From an uncultured Acidobacteriota bacterium (GTDB taxonomy: Bacteria > Acidobacteriota > Thermoanaerobaculia > Gp7-AA8): a stretch of DNA of 64,000 nt. The stretch lies in assembly GCA_963741955.1 (NCBI GenBank), contig CAVUKB010000007.1:96001-160000 (forward strand). The letters run 5' to 3'. The position numbers were made by a program, and so were the translations under genes. This document shows, one piece after another, positions 9,766 through 19,246 of the stretch. How positions within the stretch are numbered: the stretch's first letter is position 1; each line of letters opens with the position of its first letter. Below the pieces are notes generated by a model. It was not told the origin of the DNA, searched no databases, and worked only from the letters and a program-made list of their open reading frames with translations.

Positions 9766-10554
9766 ATGACCGAGATTACGGCGTACGCTCCCGGCACCTT
9801 CTGCTGGGCCGAGCTTTCCACCAGTGACGCCCGCGGAGCGAAACGCTTTTACTCGAGACTCTTCGGTTGGAAGTCCAACGGTTTTCCGAGTGCGACGAAT
9901 GCGCGCTACACGATCATGCAGATCGACGGACTCGACGTTGCTGCTCTCTATGAAGAGGAGAGCGAACCGTCACCCGTCTCCGCACCGTCATGGATGACCT
10001 ATGTCGCCGTCGATGACGTCGACGCGACCGCGCGTCGTGCGGAGGAGCTCGGAGCGACGGTCATCCTGCAGCCGTTCGATCTTCTCGACACAGGAAGAAT
10101 GGCGATGCTCCGCGATCCTCAGGGAGCGGTCTTCGCCGTATGGCACGGCAGAAGCCACATCGGAGCAGGGTTGGTCAATGAACCGGGGGCGATCTGCTGG
10201 CACGAGCTCTCGACCTCCAATGCCGAGAGCGCGAGATCCTTTTACCGGCGCCTCTTCAACTGGGCCGAGGAACGAAGGACGGGCGACGACAACGAGTACA
10301 CCGTCTTCAGGTGCGGCACCGCATCGGCCGGTGGCATGCTCCAGGTCGATCCTCTCGTCAGCGGCAATGGCGCTGAGTGGCTGGTCTACTTCTCCGTCGA
10401 CGACTGCGATGACGCCGTGGCGTATGCGCGTCAGCTCGGCGCGACCGTGCTGACGCCGCCGAAGGACGTGACCGGCGTCGGCCGCTTCGCAGTCCTTCGC
10501 GATCCCCAGGGCGCCGTCTTCGCCGTCCTCACTGCCGAGAGCGAAGCCGCCTGA
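9766..10554 (+). CDS. VOC/glyoxalase family protein with two domains
   Basis: Duplicated CWxELSTS...FY..LF.W...W..Y..VDD...GR.A.LRDPQGAVFAV. Confidence 0.92.
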   Translation: MTEITAYAPGTFCWAELSTSDARGAKRFYSRLFGWKSNGFPSATNARYTIMQIDGLDVAALYEEESEPSPVSAPSWMTYVAVDDVDATARRAEELGATVILQPFDLLDTGRMAMLRDPQGAVFAVWHGRSHIGAGLVNEPGAICWHELSTSNAESARSFYRRLFNWAEERRTGDDNEYTVFRCGTASAGGMLQVDPLVSGNGAEWLVYFSVDDCDDAVAYARQLGATVLTPPKDVTGVGRFAVLRDPQGAVFAVLTAESEAA

Positions 10555-10775
10555 GCGCGCGTGTAACGTCGCCGCTGTTCCACGAATCCTACCCTCGAGC
10601 CTCATCGCTCACGGACCTCGTGAAGAGCGAGTGAGGCGGGCGAGTTTCGATCGACCCTGCGAGACATGCTCGACAGGATCTCGAGCAGGATCATCGAGCG
10701 CCGCAGCGCGCCCCGTGGACCATCCGGATTCGAGGCGCACCGAATGATTCGAAGCGAAGGGGAGTTGTTGCCGTC

Positions 10776-11384
10776 ATGAAGAAATTCGTCCTGCTGAACC
10801 TCATCGTCATTGCGTTCGCGGCATGCGGAAATGCCCGCACTCCCGAGAGCGCCGGCGGGAAGCCAGCACATCTCGCAGTGGCCACGTTCTCCGGCGGATG
10901 CTTCTGGTGCATGGAGAAACCGTTCGACCAGACTGCGGGAGTGGTCGACACCACTTCGGGCTACACCGGCGGTGACGTGGTTCGGCCTTCCTACGAAGAG
11001 GTGTCGGGAGGCGGGACCGGCCATCGTGAATCGGAGCGCGTGACGTACGATCCGACGAAAGTCAGCTACGAGCAGCTGCTCGACGTTTACTGGCACAACG
11101 TCGACCCGTTCGACGCAGGCGGCCAGTTCTGCGATCGCGGCTCGCAGTACACCACTGCGATCTGGTACCACGACGAGAACCAGCGACGGCTCGCCGAAGC
11201 GTCGAAGCAGCGCATCGAGCAGAAGTTTGGAAAAAAGGTGTACACCGCAATCCTTCCCGCCGGAGCGTTTTACCCCGCCGAGGACTACCACCAGAATTTC
11301 TATCAGAAGAATCCGATCCGGTACGAGTTCTACCGCCACGGCTGCGGGCGGGACCGCCGGCTCGAGGAGATCTGGGGAAAGTAG
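10776..11384 (+). CDS. msrA: Peptide-methionine (S)-S-oxide reductase, lipoprotein-type signal
   Basis: GGCFWC, SGYTGG, GQFCDRG, FYPAEDYHQ; lipobox-like FAAC. Confidence 0.95.
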   Translation: MKKFVLLNLIVIAFAACGNARTPESAGGKPAHLAVATFSGGCFWCMEKPFDQTAGVVDTTSGYTGGDVVRPSYEEVSGGGTGHRESERVTYDPTKVSYEQLLDVYWHNVDPFDAGGQFCDRGSQYTTAIWYHDENQRRLAEASKQRIEQKFGKKVYTAILPAGAFYPAEDYHQNFYQKNPIRYEFYRHGCGRDRRLEEIWGK

Positions 11385-11390
11385 AGAGAG

Positions 11391-11620
11391 GCATCGAGGA
11401 TCTGAAAAGCATCGCGGATCTGAAAAGCATCGAGGATCGAGGATCGAGGATCTGAAAAGCATCGAGGATCGCGTATCGCGTATCGAGGATCTGGGGGACG
11501 GGGACGGGGACGGGGACGAGGGCGAGGACGGGGACGGGAACGGGGAACGGGGAACGAGGACGGGGACGGGGACGGGAAACGGGGATCGAGGATCGCGTAT
11601 CGCGCATCTCGAGATCGGGA
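11391..11620. repeat. Short tandem repeat tract: 18-bp gcatcgaggatctgaaaa units, GATCGAG heptamers and a GGGGAC run
   Basis: Read directly from sequence. Confidence 0.9.
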
Positions 11621-11744
11621 CTAGGAGTCTGGGCGGTAGGAACATCCGTAGCGAGAAAGCGGAGCGGCGAGGCCAAATTCGTTCGGATGTGGACCGTTGA
11701 TCCGCTTTCGCAGTAGGACAGTTTCTACCGGGCCAGGACGCCTG
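11621..11744. mobile_element. MITE-like family B copy
   Basis: ctaggagtctgggcggtagg...gtttctaccgggccaggacgcc; reverse-complement similarity to 32689-32855. Confidence 0.65.
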
Positions 11745-11874
11745 TGGCGATTCGCGGATCCAGAATTCGCCCTCTCTCCCACGTGTTCCCTCCTCCGGAC
11801 GGCCGAGCCATTCGTGTAAGCTGGATCGGCGCAACGGTCGTCCCGAAATACCGTCGTTCATCGGAATTGAGCTC

Positions 11875-13101
11875 ATGACTGTCGACAGGAAGAATCTCGA
11901 CGATCTGCGGATCGATCGAAGTGGCGAGAAAGTGCGGTCCGGCCGCTCGAGAAACTGGATCATCGTCATCGTCATCCTTGCGGCGATCGCCGCAATGGGA
12001 TGGTGGGCGAGCCGCCCGGCGGCCGCCGAAGTGCAGGTTGCCACCGTGGCGGACGGCTCCACGGGCGGCGGTGAGGCGGCCGTCCTCAACGCGAGCGGCT
12101 ACGTCACGGCACGAAGGGAGGCGACCGTCTCGTCGAAGGTGACCGGCAAGGTGGTCGAGGTTCTGATCGAAGAGGGAATGAAAGTCAGCGAGGGACAACT
12201 CCTCGCACGTCTCGATCCGGCCACTGCGAGTGCGGCATACCGGCTCGCGGAATCGCAGGCGAAGGCGGCGGCGAGCTCACTCGCGGAGACGAAGGTCCGC
12301 ATCGCTCAGGCCCGGCTCGACCTCGGGCGGGCGCAGAGCCTGACGACCCAGAAGGTCGCAAGCCAGGCCGCGCTCGATCAGGCCAAGGCCGATCTCGACG
12401 CACTCGAGGCGCATCTCGCCTCTCAACGGGACGACTACGCAGTCGCTCGCCGGCAGCTCGATCTGCGAAAACAGGATCTCGACGACACCGAGATCCGCGC
12501 GCCGTTCGCCGGGATCGTGGTCTCGAAAAACGCGCAGCCCGGCGAGATGATCTCGCCGATCTCCGCGGGAGGCGGATTCACCCGCACCGGAATCTGTACC
12601 GTCGTCGACATGGCGTCGCTCGAGATCGAAGTCGACGTCAACGAGGCGTACATCAACCGGGTACACGAGGGACAGAAAGTCGAGGCGGTGCTCGACGCAT
12701 ACCCCGACTGGAAGATTCCGGCGCACGTGATCACCGTCATTCCGACCGCCGACCGCCAGAAGGCGACGGTGAAGGTACGGATCGCGTTCGACCAGCGCGA
12801 CGCGCGCATCCTCCCCGACATGGGCGTGAAGGTCTCGTTCATCGAGGACGACCCGAAGAGCGCGGTTCGTGCCGCGCTCGACGTCCCCAGGGATGCCTTG
12901 CGGCGCGACGGCGATCGCGATGTCGTCTACGTCGTCAGGGACGGACGCGTGGAGCGACGAGCAGTGACGGTGCAATCGACCGACGGAGAAACGGCGAAGA
13001 TCTCCACCGGACTCTCGGCGGGAGAGAAGGTCGTGGTGAGCGGGCCCGACGAGCTTCGGGATGGAGAGCGGGTCCGCATTGCGGAGGAGAAGAACGGATG
13101 A
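11875..13101 (+). CDS. Efflux periplasmic adaptor (MacA/HlyD-type membrane fusion protein)
   Basis: TM anchor, ASGYV, lipoyl-like halves (G.V..V...EG..V..GQLLA; IRAPFAG.V), coiled coil. Confidence 0.92.
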   Translation: MTVDRKNLDDLRIDRSGEKVRSGRSRNWIIVIVILAAIAAMGWWASRPAAAEVQVATVADGSTGGGEAAVLNASGYVTARREATVSSKVTGKVVEVLIEEGMKVSEGQLLARLDPATASAAYRLAESQAKAAASSLAETKVRIAQARLDLGRAQSLTTQKVASQAALDQAKADLDALEAHLASQRDDYAVARRQLDLRKQDLDDTEIRAPFAGIVVSKNAQPGEMISPISAGGGFTRTGICTVVDMASLEIEVDVNEAYINRVHEGQKVEAVLDAYPDWKIPAHVITVIPTADRQKATVKVRIAFDQRDARILPDMGVKVSFIEDDPKSAVRAALDVPRDALRRDGDRDVVYVVRDGRVERRAVTVQSTDGETAKISTGLSAGEKVVVSGPDELRDGERVRIAEEKNG

Positions 13102-13790
13102 GTGCGGAAGCGATCGTCACGGTCGAAGGGGTCGGAAAGGCGTTTCAGAAAGGCGACGAACGGATCACTGTGCTCGAGGATCTCTCGCTCGAGATCTCCC
13201 GGGGCGAGTTTCTCGCGCTGATGGGTCCCTCAGGCTCCGGCAAGAGTACCCTCCTCAACCTCCTGGCCGGTCTCGATCGTCCGACCTCCGGCACGATCAC
13301 CATCGGCGGCGAGCGTATCGACTCGATGTCGAGCCGCGAGCTTGCCCACTGGCGCGCCCGTCACGTCGGTCTCGTGTTTCAGTTCTACAACCTTCTTCCG
13401 GTCCTCTCCGCGGAGCGCAATGTCGAGCTCCCGCTCCTTCTGACGTCCCTCTCGAGGGCGGAGCGAAAGAAGCACGTCGAGACCGCGCTCGAGGTGGTCG
13501 GCCTCTCCCATCGCGCGACCCACTCGCCGCGGACGCTTTCCGGTGGTGAGCAGCAACGCGTCGGTATCGCCCGCGCGATCGTCACCGACCCGACCCTGAT
13601 CCTCGCCGACGAGCCGACCGGAGACCTCGATCGGAAGAGCGGCGACGGCATTCTCGATCTGCTCCACGCGCTCAATCAGGAGCATGGGAAGACGATCGTG
13701 ATGGTCACCCACGATCCACATGCCGCGCGTCGCGCCGATCGCACGCTCTATCTTCTCGACGGACGGATCTCCACGGAGATGGCGGCATGA
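13098..13790 (+). CDS. ABC transporter ATP-binding protein (MacB/LolD type)
   Basis: [29 protein letters not shown]; ATGA overlap with upstream gene. Confidence 0.95.
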   Translation: MSAEAIVTVEGVGKAFQKGDERITVLEDLSLEISRGEFLALMGPSGSGKSTLLNLLAGLDRPTSGTITIGGERIDSMSSRELAHWRARHVGLVFQFYNLLPVLSAERNVELPLLLTSLSRAERKKHVETALEVVGLSHRATHSPRTLSGGEQQRVGIARAIVTDPTLILADEPTGDLDRKSGDGILDLLHALNQEHGKTIVMVTHDPHAARRADRTLYLLDGRISTEMAA

Positions 13791-14941
13791 AGTTCCTGCC
13801 GCTCGTCTTTTCGGCGTTCCGACGCCACCGGCTTCGCCTCACCCTGACCATCCTCTCGATCGTGGTCGCCTTCCTCCTGTTCGGCTACCTCGCCGCGATC
13901 CGGAAGGCGTTCACCATGGGAGTCGACGTCGCCGGCGCCGACCGCCTGGTCGTGCGGCACAAGGTCTCGATCATCCAGATGCTCCCGCAGAGTTACGAAG
14001 CGCAGATCGAGCAGATTCCGGGCGTGGTCGACGCCACACACGCCACGTGGTTCGGCGGGATCTACAAAGATCCGAAGAATTTTTTCCCCCAGTTCCCGGT
14101 CAAGCCGGATGAGTACCTCGCGATGTACCCGGAGTTCCTTCTTCCGGCCAAAGAGAAAGAGGCCTGGCTCCGAACGCGCACCGGTGCGGTCGTCGGTCGC
14201 AAGCTCGCCCAGAGGTTCGGCTGGAAGATAGGGGACAAGGTTCCGATCCAGGCCACCATCTGGAAGCCGAAGGACGGCGGCAACACCTGGACCTTCGACA
14301 TCGTCGGGATCTACGACGGGAAAGAGAAGGAGACCGACACCACCCAGTTCCTCTTCCGACACGACTACTTCGATGAGAACCGCTCGTTCGGGAAGGGGAG
14401 CGTCGGCTGGTACTACATCCGGGTGAAGGATCCGAGCATGGCCACCGAGGTCGCGAAGAAGATCGATCAGCACTTCGCGAACTCGCCGTACGAGACGAAG
14501 ACCGAGACCGAAGGCGCGTTCGTGAAGGGTTTCGCCGATCAGGTCGGCGACATCGGCACCATCATCACCGCGATTCTCACCGCGGTCTTCTTCACCATTC
14601 TCCTGGTGGCAGGGAACACCATGGGGCAGTCGGTACGCGAACGGATCCGCGAGCTGGGTGTCCTCAAGGCGGTCGGTTTCACCAACGGAGGGATCCTTGC
14701 CATGGTCCTCGGCGAATCGCTCCTCATTTCGGCGGTGGGTGGGATCGTGGGGCTCGGGCTGGCCCTCCTGATGATCGCTGGCGGTGATCCGACACACGGA
14801 GCGCTCCCGGTCTTCTTCTTCCCGCCGCGCGACATCGCCATCGGCGTGCTGCTCGTCGTGGTGCTCGGGACCGTGACCGGGCTGCCGCCGGCGCTGCAGG
14901 CGATGCGGCTCGACCCGGTCGACGCATTGAGGAGGGAGTGA
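13787..14941 (+). CDS. ABC transporter permease (MacB/FtsX family)
   Basis: TM1, periplasmic domain, NTM..SVRER.RELGVLKAVGF, 3 C-terminal TMs. Confidence 0.92.
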   Translation: MKFLPLVFSAFRRHRLRLTLTILSIVVAFLLFGYLAAIRKAFTMGVDVAGADRLVVRHKVSIIQMLPQSYEAQIEQIPGVVDATHATWFGGIYKDPKNFFPQFPVKPDEYLAMYPEFLLPAKEKEAWLRTRTGAVVGRKLAQRFGWKIGDKVPIQATIWKPKDGGNTWTFDIVGIYDGKEKETDTTQFLFRHDYFDENRSFGKGSVGWYYIRVKDPSMATEVAKKIDQHFANSPYETKTETEGAFVKGFADQVGDIGTIITAILTAVFFTILLVAGNTMGQSVRERIRELGVLKAVGFTNGGILAMVLGESLLISAVGGIVGLGLALLMIAGGDPTHGALPVFFFPPRDIAIGVLLVVVLGTVTGLPPALQAMRLDPVDALRRE

Positions 14942-14943
14942 CC

Positions 14944-16131
14944 ATGAACTGGTTCTCGCAGCTCTTCGAGCTCACTCTCTTCAATCTCCGCACTCTTCCG
15001 CAGCGCAAGGGATCGGCAGCCGCGGCGATCTTCGGCATCGCCGGAGTGGTGGCGGTGTTCGTGGGGGTTCTCTCCATCGGCCGCGGGTTCCAGAAGGCGA
15101 TGGTGGCTGCGGGCGCGCCGGACCGGGCGATGATTCTTCGCGCCGGCGGCGATGCGGAGATGACCAGCATCGTCACTCTCGATGAAGCGAAGATCATCGA
15201 AGAAGCTCCCGGCGTCGCGCGGAAGGGCTCGACCGCTCTCGTCTCGCCGGAGCTCTTCGTGGTGGTCAACCTCCCCAAGCGCACCACCGGAACCGACGCG
15301 AATGTCCCGATGCGCGGGGTCACCCGGCCCGGAATGCTGGTGCGGAGCGAAGTGAAGATCATTCAGGGAAGAATGTTCGACTGGGGGCGGAACGAAGTCA
15401 TCGTCGGGCGTGGAGCGCTCGCCGAATTCCGGGGGCTGGAGGTGGGGTCAAACCTCCAGTTCGGTCGGAACCAGTGGAAGGTGGTGGGGATCTTCACGGC
15501 CAACGGCGGACTTCCGGAGTCCGAGATCTGGACCGATGCCGCCGTCCTGGCGCCTGCATACCACCGCGGATCGACGTATCAGTCCGCTCTGGTGCGCCTC
15601 GCATCGGTCGGCAGCTTCCAGAAATTCAAGGATGCTCTCACCACCGATCCGCGCCTCGACGTGAAGGTCATTCCGGAACAGGAGTTCTACGCGAGCCAGT
15701 CGCGGATGCTCTACCGGCTGATTACCGGCCTGGGAAGCCTGATCGCCGCGATGATGGCGATCGGGGCGGTCTTCGGAGCGTTGAACACCATGTACACGGC
15801 GGTCGCGTCGCGCTCACGCGAGATCGCCACTCTGAAGGCGCTCGGGTTCGGAAGCTCGCCGGTCGTCGTGTCGGTGGTCGCCGAGTCCCTGGTGCTCGCT
15901 CTGATCGGCGGGGCCATCGGCGCTCTCGTCGCGTGGGCGGCGTTCGACGGCTTCCAGACCGCGACGCTGAACATGCGCAGCTTCAGCCAGGTGGCATTCG
16001 CGTTCAGTGTCGATCCTCCGCTCCTGGCGCGCGGGATCATCTATTCAGTCCTGATCGGACTTCTGGGCGGCCTCTTCCCCGCCATCCGTGCTGCGAGACT
16101 CCCGGTCGCGACTGCACTCCGCGAAGGATGA
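14944..16131 (+). CDS. ABC transporter permease (MacB/FtsX family)
   Basis: NTMYTAVASRSREIATLKALGF, PAIRAARLP; alternative GTG start at 14938. Confidence 0.92.
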   Translation: MNWFSQLFELTLFNLRTLPQRKGSAAAAIFGIAGVVAVFVGVLSIGRGFQKAMVAAGAPDRAMILRAGGDAEMTSIVTLDEAKIIEEAPGVARKGSTALVSPELFVVVNLPKRTTGTDANVPMRGVTRPGMLVRSEVKIIQGRMFDWGRNEVIVGRGALAEFRGLEVGSNLQFGRNQWKVVGIFTANGGLPESEIWTDAAVLAPAYHRGSTYQSALVRLASVGSFQKFKDALTTDPRLDVKVIPEQEFYASQSRMLYRLITGLGSLIAAMMAIGAVFGALNTMYTAVASRSREIATLKALGFGSSPVVVSVVAESLVLALIGGAIGALVAWAAFDGFQTATLNMRSFSQVAFAFSVDPPLLARGIIYSVLIGLLGGLFPAIRAARLPVATALREG

Positions 16132-16137
16132 GGAGAA

Positions 16138-16202
16138 GCATCGAGGATCTGAAAGGCATCGAGGATCTGAAAGGCAGCTGAGATCGAGGATCGAGGATCT
16201 GA
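16138..16202. repeat. Second cluster of gcatcgaggatctgaaa units
   Basis: Same unit and orientation as 11391-11470. Confidence 0.85.
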
Positions 16203-16253
16203 CCGCCCCCTTGTCGGAAACGCACGCGTTGCCGTTCGGGATGTCGCTTCGTA

Positions 16254-16309
16254 TCTGCCAGGGGGCGCCGCGGCTTTTGCCGCGGGCGGCACGGCGGAAG
16301 CCGTGCCGC
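16254..16309. repeat. Double-hairpin REP-like repeat (family D), copy 1
   Basis: ccgcggc-tttt-gccgcgg followed by ggcacggc-ggaa-gccgtgcc; also at 22037 and 44678. Confidence 0.85.
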
Positions 16310-16352
16310 CCCGGTGAGAAGTCGAATCGAACCATTGAAGATCATCGATCGA

Positions 16353-17162
16353 TCAGGAGGCCTTGGTCGCCCTGATGAATGCGCTGGCGAACGTTCCATC
16401 CAACTCCGCGGCAACCTTCTCGACGTCCAGTCCTGCTTCCTCGAAATACGGTCGCGCATCGTCGATCTGGTAGACGCGCGTCGGCTCGACTTCGATTCCC
16501 TCGAACCCGCTCTCCGCCAGGAGCGACCGGTATTCGTCTTCATGCAGCGCTCCTGCGATGCAGCCGGCCCACAGCTCGATGCTCCGGCGAACCTCGTCGG
16601 GGACGTCCGCACGACGCACCACATCCGATACCGCGAACCGCCCTCCCGGCCTGAGTACCCGGAAAGCCTCCCGAAGTACCTGCGGCTTGTCGGCCGAGAG
16701 ATTGATCACGCAGTTGGAGATGATCAGGTCCACCGACGCGTCCGGGAGCGGAATGTTCTCGATCTCCCCCTTCAGGAATTCGACGTTCTCGACACCTGCG
16801 TTCCTCTGGTTCTCCCGCGCGAGCTCGAGCATCTCGTCGGTCATGTCGAGACCGTACACCTTCCCGGAAGGGCCGACCCGTCGCGCCGAAAGAAGAACGT
16901 CGAGTCCGCCGCCCGACCCCAGGTCGAGAACCGTCTCTCCTTCGCGGATGGAAGCGAGAAGAGTTGGATTTCCGCAGCCGAGGGAAGCGCGGACCGCCTC
17001 TTCGGGGATGCCGGTCGTGGTCGCCTCGTCGTAGAGGTCGCTGCTTATCGGGTCGTCGCAGCAGGCGGCCGGTTCGGACCCGCAGCATCCTCCCGATCCC
17101 TTCCGCACCCGGGTTGCTGCATTCGCGTATCGCTGCCGTACTGCTTCTCGGATCTCACTCAT
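16353..17162 (-). CDS. arsM: Arsenite S-adenosylmethionine methyltransferase
   Basis: N-terminal CC pairs, [32 protein letters not shown]. Confidence 0.93.
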   Translation of the reverse strand: MSEIREAVRQRYANAATRVRKGSGGCCGSEPAACCDDPISSDLYDEATTTGIPEEAVRASLGCGNPTLLASIREGETVLDLGSGGGLDVLLSARRVGPSGKVYGLDMTDEMLELARENQRNAGVENVEFLKGEIENIPLPDASVDLIISNCVINLSADKPQVLREAFRVLRPGGRFAVSDVVRRADVPDEVRRSIELWAGCIAGALHEDEYRSLLAESGFEGIEVEPTRVYQIDDARPYFEEAGLDVEKVAAELDGTFASAFIRATKAS

Positions 17163-17176
17163 GCTGTCACTCCTTC

Positions 17177-17223
17177 ACATATGCTGTAGCGCATATGTTC
17201 GATCTTCGAAACACATTTGTCAA
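17177..17223 (-). promoter_or_regulatory. Putative arsM promoter/operator (ArsR-type inverted repeat)
   Basis: Perfect inverted repeat ACATATGC-N6-GCATATGT (17177-17198) just upstream of the AAGGAG RBS; TTGACA on minus strand at 17223-17218. Confidence 0.55.
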
Positions 17224-17233
17224 TACGCATGTG

Positions 17234-18163
17234 TTACGGGGATGTTTCGCTACGCCTGGCACGGATGCTGAGCCAGGCAGCTGCCCCGATGATGGCCATG
17301 ATCACGGCGACCGACATCAGCGGAGGGATCTCCATCCATGTATCGGCCACCATCTTGAAGGCGGCGAAGACCAGGACGAGAGCGAGGCCGTAATGCAGAT
17401 AGCGGAGCTCACCGATGGTCTGAGCCAGGAGCAGATAAAGCGCACGCAACCCGAGGATCGCGAAGATGTTGGAGCTGTAGACGAGGAAGGGCTCGCGGGT
17501 GACCGAGAACGCCGCCGGAACGGAGTCGACGGCGAACATCACATCGCTGATCTCGATGGCCACCAGCGCGATCAGGAGAGGGGTCGCGACCCATCGACCT
17601 CCCTCGCGTGCGACGAAGCTGCGGCTGCGAACCTTTTGGGTCACCGGGACGTGTCGCGCGAGCCATCCCACCACCGGGCTCTCCTTCTCTTCGGAGGGAT
17701 CGACGCGGACCGATCGCCACGCCCCGTAGACGAGAAGTGCCGCGAAGATCCAGGTCACCCAGTCCCACCGTTCGAGCGCTGCGGCGCCCAGAAAGATGAA
17801 GAGAGCGCGGAAGACCACCGCACCGAGAATTCCCCAGAAGAGCACCCGGTGCTGGTATCTCTTCGCCACGCCGAGGCTCTTGAAAATGATCAGGAAGATG
17901 AAGAGATTGTCCAGACTGAGGCTCTTCTCCATCAGCCATGCGGCGAGGTATTCGCCCGCGGCCTTTCCTCCGAACAGCATCCATATCAGGCCGTCGAACG
18001 CGAGACCTGCGGCGACCCAGACGATGCTCCAGATCAGCGTCCGCTTCCGCGATTCCCCCCGGCTTCCCCGATGAGCGATCAGGTCGAGCGCGAGTAGAAC
18101 CGCGACCATCGCCGCGAACGCGGCCCAGATCCATCCTGGAAAATCGCCAATGCGAGAGAGCAC
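17234..18163 (-). CDS. TerC/Alx family metal homeostasis membrane protein
   Basis: EKSLSLDNLF, QHRVLFWGILGA, D.MFAVDSVPA, SSNIFAILGLRALY. Confidence 0.93.
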   Translation of the reverse strand: MLSRIGDFPGWIWAAFAAMVAVLLALDLIAHRGSRGESRKRTLIWSIVWVAAGLAFDGLIWMLFGGKAAGEYLAAWLMEKSLSLDNLFIFLIIFKSLGVAKRYQHRVLFWGILGAVVFRALFIFLGAAALERWDWVTWIFAALLVYGAWRSVRVDPSEEKESPVVGWLARHVPVTQKVRSRSFVAREGGRWVATPLLIALVAIEISDVMFAVDSVPAAFSVTREPFLVYSSNIFAILGLRALYLLLAQTIGELRYLHYGLALVLVFAAFKMVADTWMEIPPLMSVAVIMAIIGAAAWLSIRARRSETSP

Positions 18164-18179
18164 GATCCGGATGAGCTTA

Positions 18180-18233
18180 ACCCCTATTTCTCACACCGCC
18201 TCCTCGCGACGAGACGGGGTGAGAAATGCAGGG
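18180..18233. mobile_element. Internally deleted family A MITE-like copy flanked by TA
   Basis: acccctatttctcacacc...ggggtgagaaatgcaggg with TA at 18178-18179 and 18234-18235. Confidence 0.6.
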
Positions 18234-18257
18234 TAACAGGAGTCGTGCCACGAGGTG

Positions 18258-18538
18258 GCGCGACCGCAGTATCAGCCTCGCCTGTGGCAGAAGCGGAGCG
18301 GCCAAGAAGAGCGTGCGAAGACCCCGTCCGAGGGGAGGGGATCCTCTGATCCGCCGCGCAAATCCCGGCGCGTGCGCGACCGCAGTATCAGCCTCGCCTG
18401 TGGCAGAAGCGGAGCGGGCCAAGAAGAGCGTGCGAAGACCCCGCCCGAGGGGAGCGGATCCTCTGATCCGCCGCGCAAATCCTGGCGCGCGCGCGACCGC
18501 AGCATCAGCCTCGACTGTGCCAGAAGCGGAGCGGGCCG
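18258..18538. repeat. Tandem repeat, ~116-117 bp unit, ~2.4 copies
   Basis: gcgcgaccgcag(t/c)atcagcctcg... begins at 18258, 18374 and 18491. Confidence 0.92.
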
Positions 18539-18591
18539 CCGCAGACTTCCGGCTTCCGCTTCCTCGTGCCGTGGCCCGCGATGCAAACCGA

Positions 18592-19008
18592 TCAGCGCAT
18601 CTTGCGGCGGAGCGCGAGGAGCGCGCTTCGGATCAGCTCGACCTGGGCGAGAAGCTCGTCGACTTCTTCGGCCAGCTGGCGCGAATCGCCGCCGTTGCGG
18701 CGCCGTGCGTGTTCCGATTTGCGGGCCAGCTGCTGCCACAACTTCTGCTTTTCGCCGCGGCTGAGCCGGGCGATCTGCTGAAGGAGTGACCCCTGTCCGT
18801 CGCTCTTCCGATTCCCGGCGAGAAGAAAGCTCGGGTCTTCGCCGACGATGCGCGCGAGGCGAAGAAACGTGTCCAGCTGGAGAGGTTGCTTGTCCGTCTC
18901 GATCCGTGAAAGCGTCGCAGCGCTGATGTCGAGCTTGCTCGCCACGTCGGCGAGAGAGAGACTCCTGCGCTTGCGCGCATCACGAATGCGTTCGCCCACT
19001 GTAATCAT
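18592..19008 (-). CDS. XRE-family HTH transcriptional regulator
   Basis: VGERIRDARKRRSLSLADVASKLDISAATLSRIE; helical C-terminus. Confidence 0.88.
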   Translation of the reverse strand: MITVGERIRDARKRRSLSLADVASKLDISAATLSRIETDKQPLQLDTFLRLARIVGEDPSFLLAGNRKSDGQGSLLQQIARLSRGEKQKLWQQLARKSEHARRRNGGDSRQLAEEVDELLAQVELIRSALLALRRKMR

Positions 19009-19246
19009 TGGATCCCATCTTAAAGTGAATGGTCACCAAACGGTCCCTCCAAATTTGAAAACTCGAGCGATGTTGCACGAGGTTTCCACAACGGCGGAGG
19101 GACCGCCTTTGCATTGCCTCCGATACATTCGATAGGCTGTTCGAAACAGGTCCATCATCGGGCAGCGGATGAACTGGCTCGATCATGGCATGCCACGAAC
19201 ACTGCCGGCGCATGCCGGCCGTTGTTTTTTTGGAAGGAGGTGCAGA

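Noticed and set aside
11391-11620. CRISPR array
   Set aside because: Units are contiguous 6-18-bp repeats with no unique spacers, and there are no cas genes
16300-16355. Sec read-through at the arsM TGA stop
   Set aside because: The protein is already full length; downstream sequence runs into a repeat with no evident SECIS or conserved-looking extension
18164-18260. yybP-ykoY (Mn2+) riboswitch ahead of terC
   Set aside because: The region is occupied by a deleted MITE and the consensus is not seen
18258-18538. CRISPR array or repeat-protein CDS (ORFs 18226-18789, 18255-18764, 18272-18739)
   Set aside because: Whole units repeat without spacers; the first period (116 bp) is not a multiple of 3; the ORFs look like GC-rich chance frames
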